Source: an uncultured Actinomycetota bacterium
GTDB lineage: Bacteria; Actinomycetota; Actinomycetes; JAHEKZ01
Assembly: GCA_963829525.1 (NCBI GenBank)
Contig: CAWHIJ010000003.1
Span: 2,624,001-2,688,000 of the forward strand
Direction: 5' to 3'
DNA length: 64,000 nucleotides
Below, one piece after another: positions 19,607 through 29,894 of the stretch. Both the position numbers and the translations under genes were made by a program. Position 1 is the stretch's first letter; the number at the start of each line of letters is the position of its first letter. The notes below the pieces were generated by a model that had not been told where the DNA came from, searched no databases, and saw only the letters and a program-made list of their open reading frames with translations.

Positions 19607-20299
19607 GTGCGCATCCTCATCGCCGACGACGACCCGGCCGTTCGTGAGTCGCTCCGCCGATCCCTGTCGTTCAACGGATACGAGGTCTCGCTCGCCTCTG
19701 ACGGCAACGAGGCCCTGGCCGCCGCCGGCGACCCGGCCCCCGACCTCGTGCTGCTCGACGTGAACATGCCGGGGATCGACGGTCTGGAGGTGTGCCGACG
19801 CATCCGGGCGTCTGGCAACGACATCCCTGTCCTCATCCTGACGGCACGGGTCGAGGTTGGCGACCGCGTCCTGGGTCTGGACGCAGGCGCCGATGACTAC
19901 CTGCCGAAACCGTTCGCCCTCGAAGAGCTCCTGGCGCGCATCCGGGCCCTCCTTCGCCGGGCTCGGACGACCACGGCCGGCGAGCAGGCTGATGAGTCGC
20001 TCACCTTCACTGATCTCACCATCGACCCTGCAACACGAACCGTGCAACGCGGGGAGCGGACGATCAGTCTCACCCGCACCGAGTTCGAGCTGCTCTGGGT
20101 GCTCATGCAGCGACCCCGACGTGTCCTGTCCCGCGAGCTCATCCTTGACGAGGTGTGGGGGTACGACTTCCCGACCTCGGCGAACTCACTGGAGGTGTAC
20201 GTCGGCTACCTGCGCCGCAAGACCGAGGCCGAGGGCGAACCACGCCTGATCCATACCGTGCGTGGCGTTGGCTACGTCCTTCGTGAGGGAGAAGCGTGA
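19607..20299 (+). CDS. mprA: OmpR-family response regulator, MprA-like
   Basis: [43 protein letters not shown]; followed by kinase and HtrA. Confidence 0.85.
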   Translation: MRILIADDDPAVRESLRRSLSFNGYEVSLASDGNEALAAAGDPAPDLVLLDVNMPGIDGLEVCRRIRASGNDIPVLILTARVEVGDRVLGLDAGADDYLPKPFALEELLARIRALLRRARTTTAGEQADESLTFTDLTIDPATRTVQRGERTISLTRTEFELLWVLMQRPRRVLSRELILDEVWGYDFPTSANSLEVYVGYLRRKTEAEGEPRLIHTVRGVGYVLREGEA

Positions 20300-21660
20300 C
20301 AGCGACCTCCGGCAGGGCAAAGCGCCGTCTCTCACTCCGCGCGCGCATTGCCGCCCTTGCTGCGGCGGCCGTGGCGATTGCAGTCGCGGTGACGACGCTC
20401 GGGATCTACCTCACCGTCCGCGCCCAGCTCTACGACCAGCTCGACAACGACCTGATCGCACGGGCACAGGCGGTGTACCGCGCCGCACCGAACCCAGAAC
20501 AGATTGTCGTTCTGCCTGACGACGCGTTGGGGGACGCCAGAATCGCCGCGGTGACCGCCGACCGGCGCGCCTACCCGACCAAGAGCGGTGAGGTTCCGCC
20601 CCTGGGCGACCCAGAAGTCGCGGTAGCAGCTGGAGAATCGCCCGAGTCGGTACGGACCGCGACCGAGGACGGCGAGAGCTACCGGGTGGTCGCCATACCG
20701 GCTGGGCCGGGAGTTGCTTTGGTCTTCGCCGCCTCGACCGACAGCGTCGACGAGACGTTGACCTACATCGGTTTCGTCTCACTGGTCGTCGGCCTGCTCG
20801 GCGTGGCCGCCGCTGCAACCGCTGGCTACGGCGTGGCACGCGCCGGCCTGGCACCGCTGCGCTCACTGACCGCGGCCACCGAACGCGTCGCGACGACGAT
20901 GGACCTCACCCCCATCGAGTCGGTGCGCAACGACGAGATTGGGCGTCTCGCATCCAGTTTCAATGTGATGCTTGCCTCCCTGGCCGCGGCGCGTGAGCGT
21001 GAGCGCCAGCTCGTCGCCGATGCAGGGCACGAGCTGCGCACACCACTGACGTCCCTGCGCACCAACCTCGATCTCCTGGCGCAGGAAGGGGCATCGGGGC
21101 GATCGATCGACCCGGACGACAGGTCAGCGCTGCTGACCGACGTCCGTGGGCAGATCGGCGAGCTCGGTCACCTGGTTGACGATCTCGTTCAGCTATCCCG
21201 TGGGGTTGAGCCGAGCAGCGCATGGGAGCCACTGGACCTCGCGGTCGTCGTGGCCGACGCCTTGGCTCGCGTACGACGACGAGCGCGTGACCTCAGCTTC
21301 GAGGTGGCGCTGACACCCTGGTGGGTGAACGGCGACGCCCCAGCGCTCAGCCGCGCCGTGACCAACTTGTTGGACAACGCTGTCAAGTGGAGCCCACCCG
21401 ACGCCACGGTCATCGTCCAGCTTCACGAAGGAGTCCTGAGCGTCGCGGACAGCGGTCCCGGCATCACCCCGGAGGACCGTCCGCACATCTTCGACCGGTT
21501 CTACCGGGCCGACGGTGCCCGGTCCCAGCCGGGATCGGGTCTGGGGCTCGCGATCGTCGCCCAGGCCATCGCACAACACGGGGGCACGATCAGTGTCGGG
21601 GAGTCGCCGACCGGCGGAGCGCGCTTCGATGTAGCGATCCCAGGGGCGTCGAAGTCTTAG
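20296..21660 (+). CDS. mprB: HAMP sensor histidine kinase, MprB-like
   Basis: Two TM helices, [29 protein letters not shown]. Confidence 0.85.
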   Translation: MTATSGRAKRRLSLRARIAALAAAAVAIAVAVTTLGIYLTVRAQLYDQLDNDLIARAQAVYRAAPNPEQIVVLPDDALGDARIAAVTADRRAYPTKSGEVPPLGDPEVAVAAGESPESVRTATEDGESYRVVAIPAGPGVALVFAASTDSVDETLTYIGFVSLVVGLLGVAAAATAGYGVARAGLAPLRSLTAATERVATTMDLTPIESVRNDEIGRLASSFNVMLASLAAARERERQLVADAGHELRTPLTSLRTNLDLLAQEGASGRSIDPDDRSALLTDVRGQIGELGHLVDDLVQLSRGVEPSSAWEPLDLAVVVADALARVRRRARDLSFEVALTPWWVNGDAPALSRAVTNLLDNAVKWSPPDATVIVQLHEGVLSVADSGPGITPEDRPHIFDRFYRADGARSQPGSGLGLAIVAQAIAQHGGTISVGESPTGGARFDVAIPGASKS

Positions 21661-21676
21661 GTGGCCCATGGTCTTC

Positions 21677-21693
21677 TCTCAGGCACCTCTCAG
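21677..21693 (+). promoter_or_regulatory. MprA box (direct repeat TCTCAG-N5-TCTCAG)
   Basis: TCTCAG GCACC TCTCAG upstream of the pepD-like gene; CAGCAT -10-like box 6 nt before ATG 21716. Confidence 0.75.
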
Positions 21694-21715
21694 GCGGGTG
21701 CCCCAGCATGGATCC

Positions 21716-22969
21716 ATGACCGACACCCACCCCACAGTCCCCCTGCCCAATGAGCCCGAGAGCGGCGCGCCGACCGATCCAGCCGACGCTGCGCCGTACA
21801 CCGCGCCCACAACAACCGTCCCCTTGCCGCCCCAGAACCTCTGGGCCCCACCTGCCCCCCAGGGCCCGCCCGCCAAGGCGGACCGGCGCCGCAGCGGTAT
21901 CGGGGTCGTGCTCGTCACCAGTCTGCTTGCCGGTGCCCTCGGTGCCGGGCTCGGAGCCGGTGCCGTCATCGCTACGGACGACAACACCACGACGCCGACC
22001 ACCACAACGGCCGGTGAGGTGGGGGGCGTCTCCACCACGACATTGCCCACCGGCAGTGTCGCCCGAGTCGCCGATATGGTCCTGCCCAGCGTTGTCTCCA
22101 TCCAGTTCTCCGGCGCCCAGGGGGCCGGTTCTGGATCTGGAATCATCATTGACCAGTCTGGCCTGATCCTCACCAACAACCACGTCGTCGAAGGGGCGGC
22201 CGACGGCGGCTCGCTCAGCGTCGCGTTCCAGGACGGGACGTCGACCTCTGCGGAGATCGTCGGGCGTGACCCCAGTGCCGACATCGCGGTGATCCGCGTC
22301 GACGGAGTCGACAACCTGCAGGCCGTCAAGCTCGGTTCCTCCGCGGACCTTCAGGTCGGCGAGACGGTTGTGGCGATCGGCTCGCCACTCGGGCTCAGCG
22401 GTACCGTCACCACCGGAATCGTCAGCGCCAAGAACCGCCCAGTTCTTCCAGGAAGCGCCGCTGGTGACGAGTCGGTGCTCAACGCGATCCAGACCGACGC
22501 AGCCATCAACCCCGGAAACTCCGGTGGCGCACTGGTGAACCTCAAGGGCGAGCTGGTCGGCGTGAACTCGGCGATCGCAACACTCGGGGCCTCCTCCGGA
22601 GCCCAGTCCGGCAGCATCGGGCTCGGCTTCGCGATTCCCATCGACCAGGCCAAGTGGATCTCTGACCAACTGATCGAAAACGGGTCAGCGCAGCACGCCC
22701 GCCTCGGAGTCTCGGTCGAGGCAGCTACCGGTGAGGTGCGCGGCGCAACGGTCAAGACCGTTGAGCCTGGAAGCACCGCCGACGACATCGGCCTCGAGGT
22801 CGGCGACGTCATCACCGGTTTCGACACCCAAGCGATTGACTCCGCCGACTCGCTGGTCGCAGCTGTGCGCTCCGCCGAGCCGGGCACCACGGTGACCATC
22901 ACCGTAGTTCGCGGTGGCGACACCAAGACCATGGACGCCACCCTTGTCGCGGACACGACGACCAGCTGA
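21716..22969 (+). CDS. pepD: HtrA/PepD-like serine protease with PDZ domain
   Basis: TNNHV, DIAV, TDAAINPGNSGG, C-terminal PDZ, Pro-rich N-terminus plus TM. Confidence 0.88.
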   Translation: MTDTHPTVPLPNEPESGAPTDPADAAPYTAPTTTVPLPPQNLWAPPAPQGPPAKADRRRSGIGVVLVTSLLAGALGAGLGAGAVIATDDNTTTPTTTTAGEVGGVSTTTLPTGSVARVADMVLPSVVSIQFSGAQGAGSGSGIIIDQSGLILTNNHVVEGAADGGSLSVAFQDGTSTSAEIVGRDPSADIAVIRVDGVDNLQAVKLGSSADLQVGETVVAIGSPLGLSGTVTTGIVSAKNRPVLPGSAAGDESVLNAIQTDAAINPGNSGGALVNLKGELVGVNSAIATLGASSGAQSGSIGLGFAIPIDQAKWISDQLIENGSAQHARLGVSVEAATGEVRGATVKTVEPGSTADDIGLEVGDVITGFDTQAIDSADSLVAAVRSAEPGTTVTITVVRGGDTKTMDATLVADTTTS

Positions 22970-22994
22970 CCAGCTACCCCTTCCCCCGACTCCG

Positions 22995-23038
22995 GCCCGG
23001 GGCGGTCGCCTCCTCCCTCGACGGCGACCGCTCCGGGC
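22995..23038 (+). terminator. GC-rich hairpin after pepD (probable terminator)
   Basis: 16-bp stem GCCCGGGGCGGTCGCC / GGCGACCGCTCCGGGC with one G-U pair, 12-nt loop, no U tract. Confidence 0.6.
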
Positions 23039-23073
23039 TCGGACTGTCCGTGGGTGCCTCTACGCTCACGGAC

Positions 23074-23715
23074 ATGACGACGATCTGGCTGATCCGCCAT
23101 GGTGAGGCACACGTCAACCAGCCCAATCCCGACGGCACCTATTCGCTCATCGATCGGCAGGGGCTGACCAAACGCGGCGTCGAGCAGGCCACGCTGCTTC
23201 GCGACCGCCTTGTTCGCGAAGACGTGAGGCCCGATGTCGTCATCACCAGCAGCTTTCCCCGGGCGCACCAGACCGCTTGCATCGTCGGCGAAGGGCTCGG
23301 CGTCGACCTGCAAGTTAGTCATGAGATCCAAGAGTGGCGACCGGGTGACGACGCCGAAGTGATCCCGATGGGCGAAGCCCTCGGGTCATGGAACAGGATC
23401 CTGGCCGGCCACGACCACGATGTCCGGATCACCCCAGCATCGGAGTCCCACAACGAGTTTCTGTCGCGCGCTGACCGAGCCTTGGTCCAGATCGCTGACG
23501 ACCACGCCGACCGCACGGTGTTGGTCTTCACCCACGGCGGGATCATCGGCCGGTCGTTCGTGACCTTCCTCGACCTTCCCCCGCAACGTTCGTTGATAGG
23601 GATTCGCAGTCTGCACACGTCGATCACCGAGTGGCGCCGCACGGTCGAACTCGACCAGCCGACCTGGCAGCTCAACCGCTACAACGATGTCGCCCATCTC
23701 GATGCGACACGCTGA
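23074..23715 (+). CDS. Histidine phosphatase family protein
   Basis: LIRHGE, RAHQTA, FTHGG; TACGCT 7 nt before ATG. Confidence 0.9.
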   Translation: MTTIWLIRHGEAHVNQPNPDGTYSLIDRQGLTKRGVEQATLLRDRLVREDVRPDVVITSSFPRAHQTACIVGEGLGVDLQVSHEIQEWRPGDDAEVIPMGEALGSWNRILAGHDHDVRITPASESHNEFLSRADRALVQIADDHADRTVLVFTHGGIIGRSFVTFLDLPPQRSLIGIRSLHTSITEWRRTVELDQPTWQLNRYNDVAHLDATR

Positions 23716-23722
23716 GGCCCGA

Positions 23723-25130
23723 TCAGCTGGAGGGCATGCCCTTCTGCACCTGGTCCCAGGCGTACTCGACGGCTTCGCCGAGGATGTCGACGATGGTGCC
23801 GAGGAGCTTCTGGTCGGCGATCAGTGGTGGAGAGATCTGGACAACGGGGTCGCCACGATCGTCGAGCCGGCAGAGTAATCCGTCTTCGTACAACCGAGCC
23901 GACAGGACGCGGCGTAGCAACCAGTCGGCCTCCTCGCCCTCGAAGGTCTGCTTGGTGTCGCGGTCCTTGACCATCTCCAGAGCCCAAAAGTGCCCGAGGC
24001 CGCGCACGTCACCGACCAGGGGGATGCGGCGCAGCTCGTTGAGCCGCTTGTCGAGGTATGCCTCGTTGGTGCGCACGTTCTCGACGACACCTTCGCGGTC
24101 GTAGATGTCGATGACCTTCAACCCGATCGCTGCCGATACCGGGTGCCCGCTGTAGGTGGTGCCGTGGTTGTAGAAGGCCTTGCCGGTGACGAATGGTTCG
24201 GCGACCCGGTCATGGACGATCACGCCGCCGAGCGGAGCCATTCCGGCCGTCGCACCCTTGGCGAAGACGATGAAGTCGGGTTCGATGTCGTAGCGGATTG
24301 ACCCGAACCACTCACCGGTCCTCCCGAACCCCGTGATGACCTCGTCCGCGCACAGCAGCGCACCGTACTTGTCAGCCAGTGCCCGAAGACCCTGCCAGTA
24401 CCCCGGAGGAGGCGTGAAGCAGCCACCGGCGTTCTGCACCGGCTCAGCGATGATGAGCGCCACCTCGTCAGGGCCGGCATCGATGATCGCCTGCTCCATC
24501 TCTTCGAGCAGCGCCTGGGTGAACGCCACGGGATCGTCGCCCTTCGGGTGGCGGTAGGCATTGGTCTCACTGACGTGGGTGACGTCGATCGGCAACGGCT
24601 TGAACGGCTCGCGGCAGAACTCGATGCCGGTGAACGAGAGCGCCCCGAGGCTCGTGCCGTGGTAGGCGGTGTTGCGGGCGATCGCCTTGGTGCGTTGCGG
24701 CTGACCGTTGGCCTGGTGCCAGTTGCGCACCATCTTCCACATCGACTCGTTGGCTTCACCACCACCGGTGGTGAAGTAGACCCGGTTGAGCCCTTCCGGC
24801 GCGAGGTTGGCGATCCGCTCGGCAAGCTCGGCCGCCCTAGGGTGGGCTACGTACCACGTGGAGGTGTATGCCAGCTCCTCCATCTGTGCTTTGGCCACCG
24901 CACCGATCTCTGCGCCGTAGGCGTGGCCCAGGTTGGCGCAGTACAAACCGGACAGTCCGTCGATGAACCGGCGCCCATGGACGTCGATCAGCTCGCAGCC
25001 ATCGCCCTTGACGAAGACCGGGAATCTCAGCGTCCTTGTAGTTGCCCATGTCGGTGAAGTTGAGCAACAGGTGGTCGCGCACCTGCTGCTGCACTACGGC
25101 AGCGTCGACCGGCTGACCTGGACCTGACAT
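23723..25130 (-). pseudogene. Class III (omega-amino acid/polyamine) aminotransferase split by a +1 frameshift at ~25019 (pseudogene or assembly error)
   Basis: N-part ...AEIP joins VFVKGDGCELIDVHGRRFIDGLSGLYC after removing one base; DEVITGFGR, FAKG. Confidence 0.8.
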
Positions 25131-25178
25131 GACTCCTGCAATTCTGATCGCGCTGACGGCGATCTGGTTGACCGTTGG

Positions 25179-25194
25179 CTGACTGTTCAGTCAG
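25179..25194. promoter_or_regulatory. Perfect palindrome, putative operator between divergent genes
   Basis: CTGACTG-TT-CAGTCAG. Confidence 0.6.
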
Positions 25195-25251
25195 GATACC
25201 CCCGCAGATGTTCCCGGTATCTCACCACACCACACCACATTGAGGAATCCC

Positions 25252-26443
25252 GTGACCAACGTCGAGTCAGCCCCGGCTGGCCTGTCCCCCGCTGCCCTCG
25301 AGCTGCAGGAGCGCGCCAGGCGCTACGTCGACGAGGTGCTCATCCCGCTGGAGCAGAAGGCCGAGCTGGCCGGCGGCCCCTTGCCTGCTGACGACGTGCA
25401 GCGCATCCGGCAGACGGCCCTCGAACAGGGCATGGCTGGCGGCCTGCACGCCCCCGAGCACGGCGGCCAGGGCTGGACGACCACCGAGTGGCTGCTGGTC
25501 GAGGAGCAGTTCGGCCGTAACACCAACGGCATCAGCTGGTACATGCCAACGGCCTACAACGTCTGGCGGTCGGCCAGCCCGTCATTGATCGACCGCTGGC
25601 TCCGGCCGGCGCTCAAGGGCGAGCTGCACGACGCCTACGCGGTGACCGAGGCCGAGGCCGGGTCCGACCCGTCCGGTATCTCGACGGTGGCCCATCGCAG
25701 CGACGACGGCGGCTACGTCATCAACGGCGAGAAGTGGTTCGTCACCTATGGGTCGGTTGCGGCCGTCATCGTCGTCATGGCCAACGTCATCGACGGTGAC
25801 GACCGGCTGCCCACGCTGTTCGCGGTGCCGGCGGACGCCCCAGGGGTCTCGATCGTCGACGACCCACCCTTCACCCACGCCTACCCGCACGGGCACCCGA
25901 CGATGCTCTTCACCGATGTCAAGGTCAGCGCTGACGACGTGATCGGTGGGGTCGGCCAGGGCGACGACCTGCAGCGCATGTGGTTCACCGAGGAGCGGAT
26001 CGGCATCGCGGTCCGCTGCATCGGCGCCATGCAGCGGCTCATCACCGAGACAACCGCAGTGGGCCATCAACCGCGAGCAGGGCGGAGCTCGCCTCATCGA
26101 CCACCAGGGTGTTTCGTTCCCGCTCGCCGACTCCGCGGCCGATGCCGCCGCAGGTCGGCTCATGGTCTACGACGTTGCGCGCCTCAAGGAGTCCGGCGCC
26201 GATCCCAAGCTCATCCACGGCAAGGCGTCGATGGCCAAGCTCTTCTGCTCAGAGGCGGCCAACCGGTGCGCCGACCGGTCAGTGCAGATCTTCGGCGGCC
26301 GCGGATACATGCGCACCAATGTCGCCGAGCGCTTCTGGCGAGAGCTGAGGGTCGACCGCATCTGGGAGGGCACCAGCGAGATCCAGCGACTGATCGTTGC
26401 TCGGAGTCTTGAGCGGCGCGGCGTCGACGCCATGCTCGGCTAG
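25252..26443 (+). pseudogene. Acyl-CoA dehydrogenase split by a +1 frameshift at ~26056 (pseudogene or assembly error)
   Basis: VTEAEAGSD and NGEKWF in the first frame; WAINREQGG, FGGRGY, IWEGTSEIQR in the next frame. Confidence 0.82.
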
Positions 26444-26453
26444 GCGTCAACCT

Positions 26454-28494
26454 ATGCAGCTCGACCGGCTCTTCCGGCCTGCCTCTATCGCCGTCGTCGG
26501 CGCTACCGACCGACCCGGGTCGTACGGCAACGCGGCGGTCAGCAACCTGCTTGCGGCAGGCTTCACCGGACGGCTGGTGGGCGTCCACCCGACCCGCACC
26601 CGGGTGCACGGCGTTGCCTGCGTCCCCACCTTGGAGGCCCTGGGGAACGCGGTGGACGCGGTCGTCATCGCAACCCCTGCCGACACGGTCCCCAAGTTGC
26701 TGAACACCGCAGGGGCACTCGGCTGTGGCGGAGCCATCGTCTTCGCCGCGGAGTTCGCCGAGACCGGCCGCACCGACCGTCAAGACGCCCTAGTCGCTGC
26801 GGCAACGCGCCACGACCTGCCCGTGATCGGCCCCAACGCGAACGGCATCGTCTCCGTCGCCAGTAGGGCCCCGATGTGGGGTGACAACGTCAGCGTTGGA
26901 ACCGGCGGCAGCGTTGCGCTCATCACCCAGAGCGGCAACCTCGGCGTCGTCGCACTGGCTAGCCGCCGCGGCATCGCGTGGCACACCGTCGTCAGCGTGG
27001 GCAACAGTGCGGTCGTCGACGCAGCCGACGCGCTCAGCTACCTGGCCGGCGCTGACGGTGTCCGCTCAGTTGCGCTCTACCTCGAGGGTGACGGCGACGG
27101 CGCCAAGTGGGCGAACGCCTTTGCCCGGTGCGCCGAGCGCGACATCCGCATCGCGGTACTGAAGGCCGGGAGAAGTGCGGCAGGTGCGGCAGCCGGGGGC
27201 GCGCACACCGCTGCGGTGGCCGGTGATCACCGCATCTTCGCCGCACTGGTCGTCGAGGCAGGTGGTGCCTGGTGCCACGACCCGCATGAGCTGTTCGAGA
27301 CGGCCAAGCTGATGGCGACCCCGCGCCCGAACCGGTCAGGTGGTCTAGCCGTCGTCACCTGCTCCGGTGGTGACTCGGTGATCACCGCCGACGAAGCGGA
27401 CCGGTTAGGCGTTCGGCTCGCGGACCTTACCGACGTCACGTGCAGTGCACTTGCGGACCTGCTGCCCGAAGGCGTCGTGATCACCAATCCGCTGGATCAC
27501 ACCAACATGCTGTGGGCCGACACACCGCAGGTACGCGCACTGGTCGAGACCCTGGCGGCCGATCCCGGCGTTAACCAAGTGCTCTACGTGCAGGACACTC
27601 CCCCCGACCTCAGCGACGCTGACGCCAAGGACTGGAAGGACACCCGCGACGGGCTCGTCACTGCCGACATACCCGGCACCGGTCGTGCGGTGGCCTCCGG
27701 CCTACCCGAGCTGATGCCAGCAGTCGTTGCGGAGTCCCTTGCTGCTGACGGCGTGACGGCACTGGCCGGAATTCCTGCGGCGCTCTCGGCGCTGAAAGCT
27801 CACACTCAGCGAGCCGCACCGCCGGAACATCTACGCGCAGTCTCGGCCGCGACTGAGGTGATCGAGCCTGGCGAGTGGCTGGCCGAGCACCAGGGCAAGG
27901 AACTTCTGGCGTCGTACGGCGTCGACGTCCCTCTTGGTCAGACTGTCGGAACGGCAGAGGAGGCTGTGAAGGCGGCTGTCGCCCTCGGCGGTGCCGTCGC
28001 CATGAAGATCAGCCGCCACGACGTGCAGCATAAGACCGACGTCGGGGGTGTCGTCCTGAATCTCACCGACGCCGAGCGGATCAGCATCGCCGCCGAGCAG
28101 CTCTTGGAGCTCGTCGAGCCCGACGGTGTGGTCCTCGTCGAGCAGATGGCTTCTCCGGGAATCGAGATGCTCGTGTCGGCGACTCGTGACGGCGTTGTGC
28201 CTGCCCTGGTGATCGGCGCCGGCGGCATCTGGACCGAGCTTCTGCAGGACGTCGTGGTCCTTCCACTGCCGACTGATGCCGTGCGCGTTGGCGAGGCCCT
28301 GAAGTCGCTCGAAGAGCTACCCGATGCTCGCGGGGGGCCGAGGCCGCCGGGGCGTCGCCGTCGAGGCGCTGTGTGAACTTGCGACGGCAGTCGGCAACGC
28401 GCTCGTCGCCGAGCGCCTCACGCTGATCGAGCTCAACCCGGTGATCGTCTCGGAGACGTCAGCCGTTGCGGTGGACGCCGTCGTTCGTCGCTAG
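26454..28494 (+). pseudogene. Acetate-CoA ligase (ADP-forming) family protein with a +1 frameshift at ~28311
   Basis: SIAVVGA, GPN, QSG, AHT, HKTDVGGV; the C-terminal YPMLAGGRG...IELNP..DA resumes in the shifted frame, stop at 28494. Confidence 0.8.
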
Positions 28495-28539
28495 GCCGGT
28501 TCCGGACGGATCCCGTGGGTGTTGGCTGCCGGACATGAT

Positions 28540-28561
28540 TGTCGGTGGTGGGTGCCAGAGT
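28540..28561 (+). promoter_or_regulatory. PafBC/RecA-NDp-like DNA-damage promoter
   Basis: TGTCGG-N10-CAGAGT, then 7 nt to ATG 28569; consensus TGTCGG-N10-TANNNT with one mismatch. Confidence 0.55.
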
Positions 28562-28568
28562 GACGGTC

Positions 28569-29825
28569 ATGACGAACTCCGCGGTCACCATCGACGAGCA
28601 GGTGCAGCGCCTGATCGCTGCGATGCCAGCCGTCGGAGCGGCAGGTGATGCGGATCTGCGTGACAGGCTGGTCCAACTCGAGCGGGTGGCGAACCTCGCG
28701 CAGTCCGAGCAGGCGTTGGTCATGTGCGAGCTCGCTGAGCGTGCCAAACGCGCCGACCGCGAGGACGAGGAGTCACGCGGCCGAGAACTCCTGGCACACG
28801 AATCACGGACCGAGTTTGTTGCTGACGAGATTGCCGCCACCTTGTCCTGCACGAAGGCCGCGGCGGCCGGTCGGTTCGGCTTGGCGTTGGCCGCTTCGGA
28901 GCACCGGGCGGTGGTGGGAGCCTGGCGACGAGGTGTCATCGACTCGCGTAAGACTCAGATCATCTGCAACGGACTCGAGGGTGTTTCGCATCCGGCGGTG
29001 GAAGCAATGGCCGACCAAGCCGTCGAGTACGCAGCTACCCACACCGGTCCGGAGGTGCGCCGGTGGCTTCAGCGGCGGGTCATCTCCGCCGACCCCGGAA
29101 TGGCCGAAGTACGTCGAGCCAAGGCGGTGTCAGACCGAATGATCAGTGTGACTCCACTGCCCGACGGGGTGTCAGAGCTCTATGCGCTTCTCCCCAGCGT
29201 GCAAGCAAGGCAGGTCTACGACACCGCGAACGCCGTCGCCATGGCGGCTGAGACGGGTGACGTTCGGACCATGGACCAACGCCGTGCTGATGCCCTCATC
29301 GACCTCCTGACCGGTCGCGCCGAACCCCCGCAGGTGAGTGTGCAGGTGGTCGTTCCGGCCGACACGCTGCTCGGTGAGTCGGCGCAGCCGGCCGATGTCG
29401 CGGGTGTTGGCCCGATCACCAGTAACGAGGCACTCGACCTCGTGGGTACGCCCGACCGCGAAATCGCGTTCCGTCGGATGCTCACCGACCCTGACACCGG
29501 CTACCTGATCGACATCGCCGAACGTCAGTACCGCCCTTCCACCGCGTTGGACCGTGCCATCCGTGCCCGCGACAGGGTTTGCCGCTTCCCAGGCTGCTCC
29601 CGGTCGGCCACCAAACGTCAGGGCACCGACCTCGACCACACCATCCCATGGCCGCGCGGAGAGACAACCGCCTCCAATCTGGCGGTCCTCTGCCGCCACC
29701 ACCACCTGCTCAAGCACTCCCCCGGCTGGACCACCGAACTCGACGCCGATGGGGTGATGCTGTGGACCTCACCTGCCGGCAAGACGTACCGCACCGAACC
29801 GTGGGCCTACACCGACACCGGGTAA
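28569..29825 (+). CDS. DUF222-domain HNH endonuclease (13E12-repeat-like)
   Basis: RTMDQRRADAL, YRPS, RDRVCRFPGC, DLDHTIPW, NLAVLCRHHH, WTSPAG. Confidence 0.9.
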   Translation: MTNSAVTIDEQVQRLIAAMPAVGAAGDADLRDRLVQLERVANLAQSEQALVMCELAERAKRADREDEESRGRELLAHESRTEFVADEIAATLSCTKAAAAGRFGLALAASEHRAVVGAWRRGVIDSRKTQIICNGLEGVSHPAVEAMADQAVEYAATHTGPEVRRWLQRRVISADPGMAEVRRAKAVSDRMISVTPLPDGVSELYALLPSVQARQVYDTANAVAMAAETGDVRTMDQRRADALIDLLTGRAEPPQVSVQVVVPADTLLGESAQPADVAGVGPITSNEALDLVGTPDREIAFRRMLTDPDTGYLIDIAERQYRPSTALDRAIRARDRVCRFPGCSRSATKRQGTDLDHTIPWPRGETTASNLAVLCRHHHLLKHSPGWTTELDADGVMLWTSPAGKTYRTEPWAYTDTG

Positions 29826-29856
29826 CACCGACACCGGGTAACACCGACACCGGGTA
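29809..29856 (+). repeat. 16-bp tandem repeat ACACCGACACCGGGTA x3
   Basis: Perfect units at 29809, 29825, 29841; the first junction forms the TAA stop of the HNH gene. Confidence 0.92.
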
Positions 29857-29894
29857 CCGAGGCCCGCTTCCTAAGAGCGGCAGTGCGTCACGCT

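Noticed and set aside
19292-20047. Apparent ~250-aa N-terminal extension of the mutase (780-aa track ORF) or a cobalamin riboswitch upstream
   Set aside because: The extension overlaps mprA antisense and the 59-aa ORF. A good SD-GTG exists at 19291, and I saw no B12-box consensus.
29809-29856. Short repeats as a possible CRISPR array
   Set aside because: The units are head-to-tail with no spacers, only 16 bp long, and there are no cas genes.
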